Shown in pieces: positions 58,676 to 64,000 of a stretch of DNA of 64,000 nucleotides. The DNA is from the human T2T-CHM13v2.0 reference genome, Homo sapiens. The notes under the pieces are model-generated. The model was not told the origin of the DNA. It saw nothing but the letters and a program-made list of their open reading frames with translations, and did not search any database. The stretch lies in assembly GCF_009914755.1 (NCBI RefSeq), contig NC_060947.1; one strand, given 5' to 3'. Position 1 is the first letter of the stretch; the number at the start of each line of letters is the position of its first letter. Both the position numbers and the translations under genes were made by a program.

Positions 58676-61600
58676 TGAGTATTTTTAAGAATTAATAAAA
58701 TGATTGGTATCATATTTCATTCTTAATGCCAGCTCTGACTTCAGTAGTGGTAGAAAACATATTTAATTAATGCAAGAGCAATAAATGAAATCTGTTGAAT
58801 ATTATGCTAAACTAGAAACTTTGTTAATATTATATTTTATTTGAATTTATATTTCTATATACGTATGGGTAGGTATGCATGAATGAATTTGAATTTATAT
58901 TTATATATGAATATATTTGTAAATATATACATTTAGATATAAATATGTATGAACATATATGCATCTATATATTTATTTATATAACTGATGAGATAGAGAG
59001 TAGTTGATATATCATTTATCTTATTCTATTATTAGCTCATGGAAGATAGAGCTTCTGTCTTTTACTTCCTATGAAGAACTCTACATTTTCTAAAGTAATA
59101 CTTTACATGGGTGGTAGCCCAATTTATGTAGATTGAACAAATTATAATGATCATAAGATTTTTAACTCAAAAATTTTTAATATCTACTTTGCAATTAGCA
59201 AGAAAATAAAGATGGAAGTGGTAATTTTTCCTACAGTTTTACATGTGTATACTTTATTGATTTAAAAGACTCACTACATGCTTCCCATTCCTAAAATTGT
59301 GTAACGTATCTTTTTTATTTTGCCTTAAATTATACTAATTTAAATGTGTTTGCTCATTGAGACTTTTGGCTTCCCTCTTTACCTTGTGTCTTTCTTTTTA
59401 GCTAATTTTTTATTATTTTAGTAAGTGTAAAATTGCTTTAACCCTCTCGCAGAACTTGTAATATGTTCAGGAAGAAAGTACAATCACCATTTTTTATACA
59501 GGGTAACAGACAATTGGTAATGAAGTTCAGTATTTGGTGATAAAGCAAAACAAACGCAATCAATACACACACAAACTTTCTATACTCTTTCCCCTCAGTT
59601 TCACAGTCAATTGTTACTATTCTGATTGGGAAAAACTTTTGGCTTTAATGAAATATAAATATATGTTCAATATGTCATTTATATATATGCAATTTTTCAG
59701 TGTTTTGGGTGGTTAAAAGCAAATAATACATAAGTGTTTTGACTATGGTTTTAAGCTTAGGAACAGAGGTGATTGCTTTAAGGCCTAAGATGGCTGCTAG
59801 CCTGTGCCAGGAAGGAGGGTAATGTGCATGGCTGGCATTCTGCAGGACAACAGATTTCATGCAACAGCATATATAAGTTTCTCTGTTACTATAATCAGGG
59901 CTGCTGTCAGTTGTCATGGCAGACTGCCAACTGGTGGAGTCAGTGGTTGTATTTTATCATCCTAAGGAAAACTCATTCAGCAAGCTATAGAACATAACTA
60001 CTGGCCTATGACTTGTTTATTTTTTTAAATAAACACGTAGTCCACGGAGGGAATCACCATTCTATGCCTATTTACTTTTGAGTCAAAGAGAAATAATCTT
60101 TAAGTTGCTGTGTATTTGAAAAGATAATATTGGGGAGGCATAAAAGCAGTTGTATCTAGCTTACCTAATATTTATGGCTTTGCTTCTTTAGGAAGCGACC
60201 AAGTTCTGTATTTTTGCGAGTTTCAAATTTTGAACATAAAAAAGTGGAGAAATTTTGGTACTGAATTTTAAGGAGATATTGTGGTTAAATGAAGCAAAAT
60301 ACATAAAGGACCTTTAAGCATTCTACTTCCTGGTCTTCAGTGTCATCAGTTAGCTGTAGAGTTATGTTTCCTGAGTATACATAATGTATTGGATAGTTAA
60401 AACTATTTGACATCTCTGGAAAATGTTAAAGCCATAAAATTATTGTGTTGGCTTTGATTCAAGTGGTGCCTAATACATATGCTGTACTTTGAAGGATGTT
60501 AAATATACTTTATTCTAACTCTTAACCAGATTAAACTTGAGCATATAAACTGAAGATTTGCCAAATTAAAAGTGAATATATAAAAGAAGCACAGCATGTG
60601 AATTGATTCCTCTCTGGAAGAAAAAAAGTGATTTGAGTAGGATTCCCTTCTTAAATCACAACCTTGAGAACAGAGGTTTAATCTTTTTGGCTTGGTGGCC
60701 AAATTTTAAGAGGTAATAAGCTGTCCTCAGAATCACCATGAATCTCTGTGGCAGTTTCATGATACTACACTGCAGTAGCTGAATCTGGTCCATTATTCAA
60801 ATGAAGAATTCCAAATGAATTTAATGTTCTTTCTTTTACTTATGCTTCTTTCATTGATTCTGGATTACAGTTAGGGACAGAAGATTTAAGTTAGCAAATG
60901 TGCCAAAATACTGCATCATGTTGGCATGCAAGAAAGGACACAAGGAAAACAGAAATAGCCTGTGACATTTAGCCAGTAAATGTTGAAGGCACGAAACAAA
61001 CAGACTCAGGGGACAATAACCCAACAGTTCTCAATGGGTTAAATCGAAGTTTCTATGAAATACCAAACTGACACTTCTAACCTTTCACCAAAATGACATC
61101 TATTAATATGTTCTTTAGACATTTATTGAATGCCAAATATGTGCCAGGTGTAACTGGTTCATTGTCTCATACAATATGTACTTTGAAAAAATTTCCAAGA
61201 GAGATAACAGATTTACCTAACTCAGCTGTGCTCTCTTGCTGGCCTATCTTATAACCGAAGCCATGTATTTTGAAATAGGTAATCAGGGTAGAGGCCATGG
61301 AATGCAGTAAAAGTTGACAGCAAATTATTTACAGAATCTAATTTAGATTCACCAGTACTGCTTTAATGCTGTGACCTTCCATTTTCTCAGCAACCTTATG
61401 TTTAACTATTATCTTCTTTATATAGTCTTACAATTTCTTCTGGATCCTTCCTATTAGCTAGTGAAATGGTTTTGTTTTACTTTCGTGTGCCTGCTGACAT
61501 GATTTCCTTATCTATCATTCATATTTCAACAATTGTCTTGTCCCAACAATTTCAATGAAATTACTCTGATTAATGTCAATTAAAATCCCCATTTGGATCA

Positions 61601-61704
61601 GTACAATTGTAACGTTTCAGTTCTCATCTTAAATTTCACACCTCTATTTTTTTCACTGTTTCCTGTTCCCCTCTCCACTGTAGTATCCTCTCAGGGTCCC
61701 ATCA

Positions 61705-63735
<2,031 letters not shown>

Positions 63736-64000
63736 CTGTGTTGGCAAGGGTTTAACATCTATGTTATGTGATACAATCATTGTAAAGTCTTCTGAACTTT
63801 CTCCATCAAAATGAAAGATCCCGTTTCTCTCTTTAGAATGAACTTTCATAATTCAAAAGGATGTTTCTAGTATCAAGAGAAAATGGATTTATTTTCTTAT
63901 ATTTTATCAATTGTTTCAACTAATGGAATATTATAGTTTGTTTTATAATTGAGGTATTAATTTTATAGAAAATTTCCCCCAGAGTTCCCATTGGTTTATA

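Noticed and set aside
59760-59960. GC-richer unique island that might be an exon or enhancer
   Set aside because: No convincing splice-site pair or recognisable coding signal; conservation data would be needed.

Overview
This is primate (human-like) genomic DNA, AT-rich and dense in interspersed repeats: Alus, L1s of several ages, MaLR and ERV LTRs, a full THE1/MST-type MaLR provirus and a near full-length Tigger4/Zombi transposon. I can support no intact protein-coding gene, and nearly all listed ORFs are repeat-derived. The main unexplained structure is an old, GC- and purine-rich, hierarchical tandem array. Its monomer is ~42-44 bp, organised into ~0.65-1.1 kb units and partly into ~2 kb units. 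It spans 16795-17575 and ~30900-44290 and is split by ~13 kb of nested ERV/L1 insertions. Its right-hand units have kept their CpGs and carry GC-box, CCAAT, NRF1-like and ETS motifs, so they look like a promoter built from the repeat itself. The array also contains a recent ~255-bp inverted duplication, is bracketed by GC-rich retrocopy-like flanks, and abuts a separate ~320-bp AT-rich degenerate tandem repeat. Repeat subfamily names are by-eye recognition (no RepeatMasker run), and boundaries are approximate unless a TSD is quoted.
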